From: Syntrophobacterales bacterium
Lineage (GTDB): Bacteria; Desulfobacterota; Syntrophia; Syntrophales; CAMTWB01
Direction of reading: 5' to 3'
DNA: 64,000 nt
Assembly (NCBI GenBank): GCA_037441775.1
Contig: JBBIRO010000011.1
Span: 1,708 to 65,707, forward strand
Below are positions 20,081 through 28,755 of this stretch, piece by piece. Every line of letters begins with the position of its first letter. Positions within the stretch are counted from its first letter, which is position 1. The translations under genes and the position numbers were made by a program. The notes below the pieces were generated by a model, which was given only the letters and a program-made list of their open reading frames with translations, ran no database searches and was not told where the DNA came from.

Positions 20081-20270
20081 GCGGCTTCACAAAAAGTCCG
20101 GACGCTTACGTTCATGATAAATCCCTCGTCACTCCAGACGTAAGCTGTAGGGGCGTGCTTCATGACCGCCCTTCTCATTCATCTTGATTTGCCGCTTAGG
20201 CCTTGCGAACTTTTTACGTGCCGTCCGAAAATTGCAGTTTTACGGAGTTTTGACTGTTTCATCAATTCTA
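20081..20270. repeat. T-motif-bounded element C with extended R-side module
   Basis: L gcggcttcacaaaaagtc and R gaactttttacgtgccgtcc, followed by gaaaattgcagttttacggagttttgactgtttcatcaattcta, which is ~90 percent identical to 35031-35073. Confidence 0.7.
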
Positions 20271-20289
20271 ACTTGGTAAAGGGGGCCCC

Positions 20290-22053
20290 ATGAGGAAACC
20301 GAGCAGCAATAATTCGGAGCAGGGCGAAAGTTCAATGGAGAGCATCCCCTCAGCAAGCGGGCCTTGCGTTGAGGAGCTCATCGGGTACAGAGCGCCCGTT
20401 AACTTGGAGGAGCGTTACCGGGCCTTAATCGACAGCATCGCCGACGGCTATTATGAGGTGGATATTCAGGGCAACTTCACGGTGGCATCAACTTACATGG
20501 AGCGCCTTGGCTATCTGGCAAGCGAGATCAGGGGAATGAATTTTGGCGCCTTCATAACAAAAGAGAATTACAAATTGGTTTTCCAAGCTTTCCATGAGGT
20601 ATTCAAAACAGGCAAGCCTATTAAAAACCTGGAATTTGACCTGACCACCAAGGGGGGTGAAGAAAAAACGGTTTCCATTTCCTCCGCTCCGATCAAGGAC
20701 GAAGCCGGCCAAGTTATCGGCTTCAGGGGGATTTTTCAGGATATAACCGAGCTTGTGGAACCGGAAAACCTCTTGCTGGAGATATCCCGAACCTCACCCT
20801 TCGGGATCTACGCCCTGGAGAGTGGTAAATTCATTTACGCCAACCAGGCCTTTTTAAAGCTTACCGGCTACTCTAAAGACGAACTAATTGGAATCAAACC
20901 CGGGTTATTAGTCCATCCCGAGGATTGGCAGCGGGTCAGAAACAAGGCCGTTACAATGCTCAAAGGACAAGCCTGCCCTCCCTATGAGTTCCGACTCATC
21001 AGGAAGGATGGCCAGATAATATGGGTTATGGAATCGCTCTGGTCCATCAGGCTGCGGGGGAAGAAGTTGGCCTTTGGGAGTATTTTGGATATCAACCCGC
21101 TTAAGAAGACCGAGTTGGCCCTCAGGCAAAGTGAGGAGCGTTATCGCACCATCATCGAAAACATTCAGGAAGGATACTATGAAGCCGACGAAGCCGGTCG
21201 AATAATATTTATCAACGACGCCTTCGGAAAAATATTGGGTTACGAAAGAGAAGAACTCCAAAATAAGGAATTTACGAAGCTATCGTCTGCGGACCATCTG
21301 GAAGAGCTAAAAGAGAAACTAAAAATAATTCGTGAGACGGGACAACCCAACCCATCAATCGAATGGGGAGCAGTTACTAAAGATGGCCTGCTGATATTTA
21401 CCGAACTGTCCGCGACACCGATGCGGGATGAAACAGGAACTCTTGTGGGATTCCGCGGAATCCTCCGGGACACTACGGAGCGGCGAGAGCGCGAGCAGGC
21501 AATAAAACAACTGGCCTATTACGATCCCCTGACCGGCCTCCCCAATCGCCGTCTTTTTGAAGACCGTTTCAATCTGGCGCTGGCCAACGCGTCAAGACAG
21601 GAGAGCATGCTCGCGCTTTTGGTCATTGATTTGGATAACTTTAAGGAAATCAACGATAACTATGGCCATGATGCGGGTGATAGCCTGCTTAGGGAAATCG
21701 GCAGCCGCCTATCAGACCTGCTCCGGAAGGGCGACAGTGTGGCCCGGATTGGCGGGGATGAATTTATGGTCCTGCTGCCTAATACCCACCGGAGAAACGA
21801 CATTGCCGTCGTAGCCAATAAGATTCTGGCAGCGATCGAACAGTCATTTCAACTGGGCGGAGAGCCAATCCGGGTAGCAGCCAGTATCGGTATCTCTATC
21901 TACCCAGAGCATGGCAGCGATAAAATAGCCCTGACGCGGCAGGCCGACCGAGCCATGTACCAGGCAAAAAGGACGGGAAACAGTTACAAGTTTTTCTCGC
22001 CCGTCCCTGTCAAAAAAAAACCGATGACCGCAAAAAACCTAAACAAGACTTGA
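20290..22053 (+). CDS. PAS-domain diguanylate cyclase (GGDEF)
   Basis: Three PAS-like segments followed by a GGDEF domain (RIGGDEFMVLL, YDPLTGLPNRR). Confidence 0.9.
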   Translation: MRKPSSNNSEQGESSMESIPSASGPCVEELIGYRAPVNLEERYRALIDSIADGYYEVDIQGNFTVASTYMERLGYLASEIRGMNFGAFITKENYKLVFQAFHEVFKTGKPIKNLEFDLTTKGGEEKTVSISSAPIKDEAGQVIGFRGIFQDITELVEPENLLLEISRTSPFGIYALESGKFIYANQAFLKLTGYSKDELIGIKPGLLVHPEDWQRVRNKAVTMLKGQACPPYEFRLIRKDGQIIWVMESLWSIRLRGKKLAFGSILDINPLKKTELALRQSEERYRTIIENIQEGYYEADEAGRIIFINDAFGKILGYEREELQNKEFTKLSSADHLEELKEKLKIIRETGQPNPSIEWGAVTKDGLLIFTELSATPMRDETGTLVGFRGILRDTTERREREQAIKQLAYYDPLTGLPNRRLFEDRFNLALANASRQESMLALLVIDLDNFKEINDNYGHDAGDSLLREIGSRLSDLLRKGDSVARIGGDEFMVLLPNTHRRNDIAVVANKILAAIEQSFQLGGEPIRVAASIGISIYPEHGSDKIALTRQADRAMYQAKRTGNSYKFFSPVPVKKKPMTAKNLNKT

Positions 22054-22071
22054 GGCAAGCCACCCGGGACA

Positions 22072-23289
22072 TTAATCGCCGAAAGACAGCATCAGCCCCT
22101 TCAAATACCTCCCCTCCGGGTGCCCGAGGTCAACCGGATGATCGGGGCCAGCACCAAGAGTCTTGAGCAACCGAGCATCTTTGCCCGCATCCCGGCTCGC
22201 CGCAAGGACGATTTTTTCAAACAGCATCTCATCAATGAAGCTGGAGCAGGAGAAGGTAAAGAGCAGACCTCCTTTCTTGAGCTTTTTGATGCCCTGTCTA
22301 TTGATCTCCTTGTATCCCGCCGCGGCAGCGGCAACATCTCTTGCGTTTCGGGCGAAAGCTGGCGGGTCCAGGATGATCAGATCGTATTGCCCCTCGGTCT
22401 GGCGCAGATAATCAAAAACGTCGGCGGTAACCACTAGCTGAGCATCCTCCGGAAGAGAGTTTTTCCGCCAGTTTACCTCGGCCAGCCTGGCTGCCGCGCT
22501 GGAAACATCCACCGAGGTCACCTCAAGAGCGCCGCCGCAGCCGGCATATACGGAAAAACCACCACTGTAGGAAAAGCAGTTCAGCACCCTCGCCCCGCCG
22601 GAAAGGGCGCCAACCAATTCCCGATTGACCCGCTGGTCCAGGAAGAATCCCGTCTTCTGGCCGGAGACGATATCAACATCAAAGACCAGGCCGTTTTCCC
22701 GAATTTCCACGGTCGGCGGCGGCATCCGGCCCATGGCCGGGCCTACCCGATCAGCCAGACCATCCGTATTTCTCGCCCGGCCTTCGCTGCGTTCAAAGAT
22801 CGCAATTGGCTGGAATTCTTTTTTAAGAATTTTCAAAACATCTCGCTGAAACCTTTCCATTCCGGCAGTCGCCACGGAAACTACCAGATATCGGCCGTAA
22901 CGATCAACCACCAGACCCGGCAGGCCATCGCCTTCGGCATTGATCACCCGGTAGGCATCGGTTTGGCCGCTTACCACCTTCTCGCGGAGATGCCGGGCCC
23001 GGGATATTCTTTGCCGGAAAAATCCCGCATCCACAATGGTATCCGGATCCCGGCTCAAAGAGCGGAAGGCGATGCTGTTTAGCGGATGATAAAAACCCAC
23101 CGCCAACGCCTCCCCGGCGGCGGAGACAATCCGCACGATGCTCCCCGGTGCAGGGGGTGTTACGCAATTTGCCAGCGCCCCGGAGAAGACCCAGGGGTGA
23201 CCTTTGAGGAGAGACCTCTCGCGGCCGGGCTTTAATAATAACTTGGGGTATCGGCTATCCACCAATTGCTCCTCCTGATTAACTGTCAC
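22072..23289 (-). CDS. Class I SAM-dependent rRNA methyltransferase with PUA domain (RlmI-like)
   Basis: N-terminal KPGRERSLLKGHPWVF (PUA-like) and a C-terminal methyltransferase fold (LNCFSYSGGFS, ILDPPAF). Confidence 0.8.
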   Translation of the reverse strand: MTVNQEEQLVDSRYPKLLLKPGRERSLLKGHPWVFSGALANCVTPPAPGSIVRIVSAAGEALAVGFYHPLNSIAFRSLSRDPDTIVDAGFFRQRISRARHLREKVVSGQTDAYRVINAEGDGLPGLVVDRYGRYLVVSVATAGMERFQRDVLKILKKEFQPIAIFERSEGRARNTDGLADRVGPAMGRMPPPTVEIRENGLVFDVDIVSGQKTGFFLDQRVNRELVGALSGGARVLNCFSYSGGFSVYAGCGGALEVTSVDVSSAAARLAEVNWRKNSLPEDAQLVVTADVFDYLRQTEGQYDLIILDPPAFARNARDVAAAAAGYKEINRQGIKKLKKGGLLFTFSCSSFIDEMLFEKIVLAASRDAGKDARLLKTLGAGPDHPVDLGHPEGRYLKGLMLSFGD

Positions 23290-23303
23290 AAATCCGCTTG
23301 CTT

Positions 23304-23371
23304 GCTTTTTACGAAGCCAAATGTATTGCGACGGGCGCCAAATCTATCGATTAACAACGCAAAAAGCAAGG
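23304..23371. repeat. Degenerate T-motif remnants (R-like gctttttacgaagcc; L-like aacaacgcaaaaagcaagg)
   Basis: Partial matches to the consensus, upstream of rlmI. Confidence 0.4.
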
Positions 23372-23568
23372 CCGGATGACCCAGTTGCTAACGATTCAGC
23401 CTCAAGCGGCCAGACAAGTCTTGCCGGTTTCTGCCGCTACGGCAATGAACCGCCGCCGCTCAAGACGGAATCGTTACCCCCTGGCCGCTAACCAAGTTGC
23501 CAGAGGCGCAGTTTTCTGCTAATGGTTTGCATTCGAGGTCGAGGACTTAGCCAAGGGAGGAAACCAAC

Positions 23569-24672
23569 TTGACCGTATCGGACGAGACAAATAGTCCCGC
23601 GTTTGCGGTAATCATGGCCGGCGGCAGCGGCACCAGGTTCTGGCCTTACAGCCGTCGGAAGCGGCCCAAGCATCTATTAGGAATATTTGGGGAAAAATCG
23701 TTGCTGCAACAAACGGTTGCCCGACTGATCCCCTTGATTCCTCCCGAGCGGATACTGATCGTCACCGCCCGGGAACATGCCCGGGAGGTGCTGCGTCAGT
23801 TGCCCGAACTGGCCGTAAGCAACATCATCAGCGAACCTGTGGGACGCAATACCGCCCCCTGTATCGGTCTGGCGGCAGAGCATATCCGGCGACGCGCCGC
23901 AAATGGCATCATGGTCTGCCTGCCGGCGGATCATTTGATAACGGATCAGGAATCCTTCCGCCGGACCATCGCAGCGGCCATTGACTTCGCCCGCTTCAAC
24001 GCAAGTCTGGTCACCATCGGGATAAAACCGACCGCTCCGGAAACAGGCTACGGCTACATTCAGCCAGGCGAGATGCTGCAAGAAGTACTTGGGAAAAAGC
24101 TGTACCGGGTCGGCGCCTTCCGGGAAAAACCATCAGCCGAGCAGGCCAAGGATTTTTTGGCCCGGGGAGACCATCTCTGGAACAGCGGCGTTTTTATTTG
24201 GCAGGTGAAGGTAATTAGGGAGGAGCTGGAGAAATGCCTTCCTAATCTCTACCGGCTCCTGGAGGAGATTGGTCAATGTCTGGGAACCAGGCAGGAGGCA
24301 AAAACGCTGAAAACAAACTACGGAAATATGGAACCGGTCTCCATCGACTACGGCGTCCTGGAAAGGGCCGAACGGGTACTGGTAATCCCGGGGGAGTTTG
24401 ACTGGCGTGATTTGGGAAGCTGGGACGCCTTCTGGGAGCTTTCCGAAAAGGACCGGCAGAAAAACGCAGTGCGGGCGGGCGACTCAATTCTTTTGGACAC
24501 GACAAACTCGCTCGCCGTAAGTCCGGGAAAACTGGTGGTCCTCCTTGGCGTGGAAGACCTGCTGATAGTGGAAACCAAAGACACCCTGCTCATCTGCCGG
24601 CGGGGGCGTTCCCAACATATAGGTAATGTACCAAAATTACTGGCTGCTCAAGACAAGACAAAGTACCTGTGA
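23569..24672 (+). CDS. Mannose-1-phosphate guanylyltransferase (nucleotidyltransferase domain only)
   Basis: AVIMAGGSGTRFWPYSR motif. TTG start 8 nt after a GGGAGG RBS. Confidence 0.85.
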   Translation: MTVSDETNSPAFAVIMAGGSGTRFWPYSRRKRPKHLLGIFGEKSLLQQTVARLIPLIPPERILIVTAREHAREVLRQLPELAVSNIISEPVGRNTAPCIGLAAEHIRRRAANGIMVCLPADHLITDQESFRRTIAAAIDFARFNASLVTIGIKPTAPETGYGYIQPGEMLQEVLGKKLYRVGAFREKPSAEQAKDFLARGDHLWNSGVFIWQVKVIREELEKCLPNLYRLLEEIGQCLGTRQEAKTLKTNYGNMEPVSIDYGVLERAERVLVIPGEFDWRDLGSWDAFWELSEKDRQKNAVRAGDSILLDTTNSLAVSPGKLVVLLGVEDLLIVETKDTLLICRRGRSQHIGNVPKLLAAQDKTKYL

Positions 24673-24956
24673 CGACAGGGCAAATACAGGAGACAGGAAT
24701 GCCTTTTTACATAAATATTATCGGACTTCTGGCCGCAGCGCTTACCTCCTTTGCCATGCTGCCCCAGGTGATCAAAATTTACCGGACGAAACACACCCGC
24801 GACCTTTCCCTTCCAACGTTCGTTCTTTTTAACTGCGGGCTTTTGCTGTGGCTCATCTACGGATTCCTGATCGCGTCGCCGCCTCTGATCGCTGGCAACC
24901 TGGTCAGCCTGGCCCTGACCGGCTACATCCTGACAATGAAGATCATCCACGGATAG
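24669..24956 (+). CDS. SemiSWEET / PQ-loop small sugar transporter
   Basis: Three predicted TM helices and the PQ motif (FAMLPQVIKIYRTK). The GTG start overlaps the upstream stop (GTGA). An alternative ATG lies at 24699. Confidence 0.7.
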   Translation: MTTGQIQETGMPFYINIIGLLAAALTSFAMLPQVIKIYRTKHTRDLSLPTFVLFNCGLLLWLIYGFLIASPPLIAGNLVSLALTGYILTMKIIHG

Positions 24957-24964
24957 GAGCCAGG

Positions 24965-25561
24965 ATGGATATCAAATCGGAAAGAGTCATCCTGGCCTCG
25001 GCTTCACCTAGGAGAGTCGAACTTTTGAGCCCGCTTTTGGGCGCCCTAGAAGTGATTCCCAGCGGTATAGACGAAGTACCCCTGGACGGGGAGGGACCGG
25101 CGGAGCATGTCCGGCGGCTGGCGGAGGAAAAGGCGCGCCAAGTGGCCAAGGCCTATCCGGACGTCTGGGTAATTGGCGCGGACACGGTCGTTTTCATCGA
25201 CGGCATGATCATGGGAAAGCCGGTGGATGCCGTAGCCGCCCGGGCCATGCTCGCCAGGTTAAGCGGCCGCCAGCACCTGGTTTATACCGGCTTTAGCATC
25301 ATGAAACTGGCGGCGGGACAAAAGTTGAACCAGGTTGTGGAATCCGCCGTCATCTTCCGCAAGATACCGGCGGATGAGATGAACTGGTACTTGAATTCCG
25401 CTGAACCTTACGACAAGGCCGGCGCTTATGCAGTCCAGGGTCAGGGCGCGTTTTTCATCCGGGAAATTCGTGGTTCATACACCAACGTGATGGGGTTGCC
25501 CCTTTGCGAGCTGGTCGATTCTCTCAAGTCGCTGGGGGTAATTGCCTTTAGCTATAGGTGA
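24965..25561 (+). CDS. maf: Maf-like nucleoside triphosphate pyrophosphatase
   Basis: ILASASPRR start motif and GAYAVQG. The ORF-track start at 24848 is an upstream extension that overlaps the SemiSWEET gene. Confidence 0.9.
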   Translation: MDIKSERVILASASPRRVELLSPLLGALEVIPSGIDEVPLDGEGPAEHVRRLAEEKARQVAKAYPDVWVIGADTVVFIDGMIMGKPVDAVAARAMLARLSGRQHLVYTGFSIMKLAAGQKLNQVVESAVIFRKIPADEMNWYLNSAEPYDKAGAYAVQGQGAFFIREIRGSYTNVMGLPLCELVDSLKSLGVIAFSYR

Positions 25562-25763
25562 TGACCTCGTAAAAAAGCACCGATCTGTCATATTGCCAAG
25601 GCGGACGCGGGCAGGAATGCCCGAGGCTACGGAGGCTTTACAAAAAATGGCAACGATTCGGTCTTAAGGAGCGGTGCTTGATTATCATGCCTGCAATAGC
25701 TATAAAGGCAACCCTCTTTCTTTAGGGGAGAGGGTGCTTGTGACTTTTTTACGAAGGCGTCAT
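25559..25763. repeat. T-motif-bounded composite element D (205 bp)
   Basis: L gatgacctcgtaaaaaagc, an internal L-like ggaggctttacaaaaaatgg, and R gacttttttacgaaggcgtcat. Carries module P (25592-25630) and the hairpin ccctctttctttaggggagaggg. Confidence 0.75.
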
Positions 25764-25779
25764 TGTTGAGAAGAGCAAA

Positions 25780-26469
25780 ATGAGCACAGTGGAAGAAAAC
25801 ATCAGAGCGATAAAGCAAAAAATAGCAGCAGCAGCCGGGCGGGCGGGACGCCGTCCGGAAGAGATAAAACTCATGGCCATTACCAAGACGGTGCCGGATG
25901 AACTGGTGCGGCAGGCCGTGGCCGCCGGGGTGGATATGATCGGAGAAAACTATGTCCAGGATGCCCAAAGGAGAATTGAAAAGGTTGCGACAACGATTCC
26001 TTGGCATTTTACCGGCCATCTTCAGACCAACAAGGCCAGGTACGCCGTTCGGCTCTTCTCGATGATTCATTCTCTGGACCGGATTGACCTGGCCCGGGAA
26101 TTGGACCGCCGGGCCGGGGAGGCAAGACGAAAAATCGAGGTTTTAATTGAGGTGAATATCGGGGGGGAGAGCACAAAAAGCGGGGTCCGGGCGGAAAATC
26201 TTATCCCTCTTATCCGGGAGACGGCCGACCTTGCCCACCTGTCGATCCGGGGACTGATGACCATCCCCCCATGGAGTGCTGACCCCCGGGAGACCCGGCC
26301 TTTTTTTCGGGAGCTTCGTCAGTTGCGAGACAGCATTATCAGGGAAAACATTCCGAACGTTGAAATGGCCGAGCTTTCCATGGGAATGAGCGACGATTTC
26401 GAAACAGCGGTGGAGGAAGGCGCCACCATCATCCGTATCGGCCGGGCTATCTTTGGCCCCCGGCATTAA
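25780..26469 (+). CDS. yggS: YggS-family pyridoxal-phosphate homeostasis protein
   Basis: Alanine-racemase-like N-terminal fold (LMAITKT, GENYVQDA, HFTGHLQTNK). Confidence 0.9.
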   Translation: MSTVEENIRAIKQKIAAAAGRAGRRPEEIKLMAITKTVPDELVRQAVAAGVDMIGENYVQDAQRRIEKVATTIPWHFTGHLQTNKARYAVRLFSMIHSLDRIDLARELDRRAGEARRKIEVLIEVNIGGESTKSGVRAENLIPLIRETADLAHLSIRGLMTIPPWSADPRETRPFFRELRQLRDSIIRENIPNVEMAELSMGMSDDFETAVEEGATIIRIGRAIFGPRH

Positions 26470-26623
26470 CGCTTTTTTTCAAGAAAAGACTAAAAAAGAA
26501 TAGTTCAAAATGATTTTGACCAGCACTGCCTTGAGGCCATGGGGTTTGCCACAATATAGTTTGACAAAGCCTGGGTAATGGTCTAGGTTGTAGGCAGGTC
26601 ACAAAACAGGTTACCGTCAAAAC

Positions 26624-26716
26624 TGACTACCCCGTGAAAAGTAACCGCGACGTCATTACCACGCGGGCGAAAATGACAAAATGTGAAGTTTCCCGACTTT
26701 TTACGCAGGCGTCAAA
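26624..26716. repeat. T-motif-bounded element G (93 bp)
   Basis: L tgactaccccgtgaaaagtaacc and R cgactttttacgcaggcgtcaaa. The core is homologous, in opposite orientation, to the core at 44556-44606. Confidence 0.75.
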
Positions 26717-26736
26717 ACTTAAATAGAGGTTTCAAT

Positions 26737-26925
26737 ATGTTCGGAATAGGAATGCCTGAATTGCTTGTTATTCTGGTGATTATTCTCATCATCTTCGGTG
26801 CCGGCAAACTGCCGGAAATCGGTAGCGCCTTGGGAAAAGGGATAAAAAACTTCAAAAAGGCAAACCGGGAACCGGATGAGATAGACGTAACACCTGAGTC
26901 CAAGAAGGTAGAAGACAAGAAGTAG
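26737..26925 (+). CDS. tatA: Twin-arginine translocase subunit TatA/E
   Basis: [29 protein letters not shown]. The upstream 18 codons of the tracked ORF are a translated repeat element. Confidence 0.9.
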   Translation: MFGIGMPELLVILVIILIIFGAGKLPEIGSALGKGIKNFKKANREPDEIDVTPESKKVEDKK

Positions 26926-27118
26926 CGCCAGGAATCAAATCGAGCGCTAATGGGGCTTAAACATGGCTGCTATATTCGTTACCTGCCGCGTCGCTAATGA
27001 AATAACTTCCCAATCCCTACCGCCGGAAGGCAGGATACTTGGGGGATTATCCAATCCACTGGACGGTCATCCCCCACAGTAACGGCCGGCGCCGGATCCG
27101 GCCCAGCTTTGAACCGGT

Positions 27119-27958
27119 TTATTTTCTTCTTGCTTTCCATTCGGCGGTATTAGCGCCGACCTTAACCACCCCCGCCATGCTGTTTCCGCTGACCAGGCCG
27201 CTATATTTCTCGTTGCCAAAGCTGAAGCTTATCTCGGCGCCGTATAATTTGCCATCCGTAATTACTTTGGTATCCGCTCCCGTTTTAAGGGTGCCAGAAA
27301 TCATCTGGTAGCTTTGTTTCAAAGTGAGTTCTCCCTGAGGAAGCTGCCACTTGCCCTCCACCTTGGCCGGGACAACCCAAAAATAGGCCTGGCAATAAGA
27401 GCTGTCACAGCCTTCTTCCTTGGTTACGGTCACTGTCTGGTCGGCCTGCCAGTCTCCCATGTGAAAGGAATTTGAGGCGATCCTGGTTCCTGGCTTGAGA
27501 TTAAGAATCGTGGGCCGAAGCCTCAGGTTGAGGTCTGGCAAAAGAAACATCGTGACCACCGTCGCCTCAGAAAAATTACTTTCAAAAATGTCGCCATGAA
27601 CAAAGATAGCCTTGTCGCCTACCCCTTCCCGGGCGGCGATGCGTCTGGACAGGGCCACCATATCAGGATTGTATTCGATACCCAGCGCCCGGGCACCCCT
27701 CTTCGCGGCGGTGATCACAATGCGACCATCACCGGAACCAAGGTCGACCACATAATCTTGCACCGTCACCTTGGCAAGGTCCAGCATTTTATCCGCAAGC
27801 GCCTGAGGAGTAGGCACCCAGATCACATCCTTGCCTACCTGGCCAACTGATGGCTGATACTCCTTGTCTCCATACTGAACCTGAGCATAAACGCCGCTGG
27901 TCAACAAAACCACACATAAAACCAATAAGCACTGGCGCAAACAGCGAACTGACTTCAT
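27119..27958 (-). CDS. Class I SAM-dependent methyltransferase-like protein with N-terminal signal peptide
   Basis: MKSVRCLRQCLLVLCVVLLTSGVYAQ signal-like N-terminus, motif I VVDLGSGDGRI, and a C-terminal beta-rich domain. AGGAGG RBS. Confidence 0.7.
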   Translation of the reverse strand: MKSVRCLRQCLLVLCVVLLTSGVYAQVQYGDKEYQPSVGQVGKDVIWVPTPQALADKMLDLAKVTVQDYVVDLGSGDGRIVITAAKRGARALGIEYNPDMVALSRRIAAREGVGDKAIFVHGDIFESNFSEATVVTMFLLPDLNLRLRPTILNLKPGTRIASNSFHMGDWQADQTVTVTKEEGCDSSYCQAYFWVVPAKVEGKWQLPQGELTLKQSYQMISGTLKTGADTKVITDGKLYGAEISFSFGNEKYSGLVSGNSMAGVVKVGANTAEWKARRK

Positions 27959-27998
27959 AAGTTTCCTCCTGCTAAATGTTAAAATTCCCCTGCCTTCG

Positions 27999-28496
27999 CT
28001 AATCAAAGGCAACAAATTCGGCTGCCGGAGCTCCGCAGACGGGGCATTCGGCGGGGCAGACCTGGTCCGCCACGTAGCCACAGACCCCGCAGACGAAATA
28101 TCCGGTTTCGCGTTCCGCCATCAGGTGCCCCATGGCTTCCTTGTAGAGTTTAACGTGGGTATCCTCCACGTCCCGACTCTGGCTGAAGAAGAGGGCCGCG
28201 GCGGCATTTCCTTCCGCCTCAGCGACGCGTAAAAATCCATCATAAGCAACCCCGGCCACTTTAGTTTCCGACTCGAAGGAGGCAGCCAGGTTCTCTTCCG
28301 TGCCTCTTATCTCTTTGAGCAGCCTAAGCGCCCGGGTAGCGTGAATCTTTTCCGAATGGGCGATCACCTTAAACAGCTTTGCCATCTGGGGATAGCCCTC
28401 TTCCCGGGCCTTATCGGCAAAGACCTCCAGACGAACCGCCGCTTTCGCCTCGCCGGCGAAAGCCTGGGCCAGGACACCTTTCGTATTGTCCATCAT
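27999..28496 (-). CDS. rbr: Rubrerythrin
   Basis: Four-helix diiron region (EAKA...EKIH, E..H) plus a C-terminal rubredoxin-like CGVCGY...CPVCGA. GGAGGTG is followed by ATGATG, so the start is 28496 or 28493. Confidence 0.9.
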   Translation of the reverse strand: MMDNTKGVLAQAFAGEAKAAVRLEVFADKAREEGYPQMAKLFKVIAHSEKIHATRALRLLKEIRGTEENLAASFESETKVAGVAYDGFLRVAEAEGNAAAALFFSQSRDVEDTHVKLYKEAMGHLMAERETGYFVCGVCGYVADQVCPAECPVCGAPAAEFVAFD

Positions 28497-28537
28497 CACC
28501 TCCACACCCTGTGGTGACAAACCGCCAAAGCAGGGTT

Positions 28538-28696
28538 TTATTCCGGCTCAAATTCATCCTTCCCGGCCCCGCAGACGGGGCAGGTCCAATCTTCCGGCAA
28601 GTCCTCAAAAGCAACCCCTGGTTTGATACCACTTTCCGGATCGCCCTGCGCCGGGTCATACACGTAACCGCAAACTCCGCATACGTATTTCTTCAT
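28538..28696 (-). CDS. rd: Rubredoxin (52 aa, absent from the supplied ORF track)
   Basis: Hand translation: [52 protein letters not shown]. Two CxxCG knuckles and an AAAGGAG RBS. Confidence 0.9.
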   Translation of the reverse strand: MKKYVCGVCGYVYDPAQGDPESGIKPGVAFEDLPEDWTCPVCGAGKDEFEPE

Positions 28697-28755
28697 TTCC
28701 TGCTCCTTTCATTTTTTTAAAGAAACCCATTTTGGCTGCACTCAATTTTTTGGGC

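Noticed and set aside
20249-20285. TTGACT inside the element C extension considered as a mobile -35 box for the GGDEF gene.
   Set aside because: No acceptable -10 hexamer lies at 16-18 nt spacing. The paralogous block at 35051 has ACCGCT at the same position.
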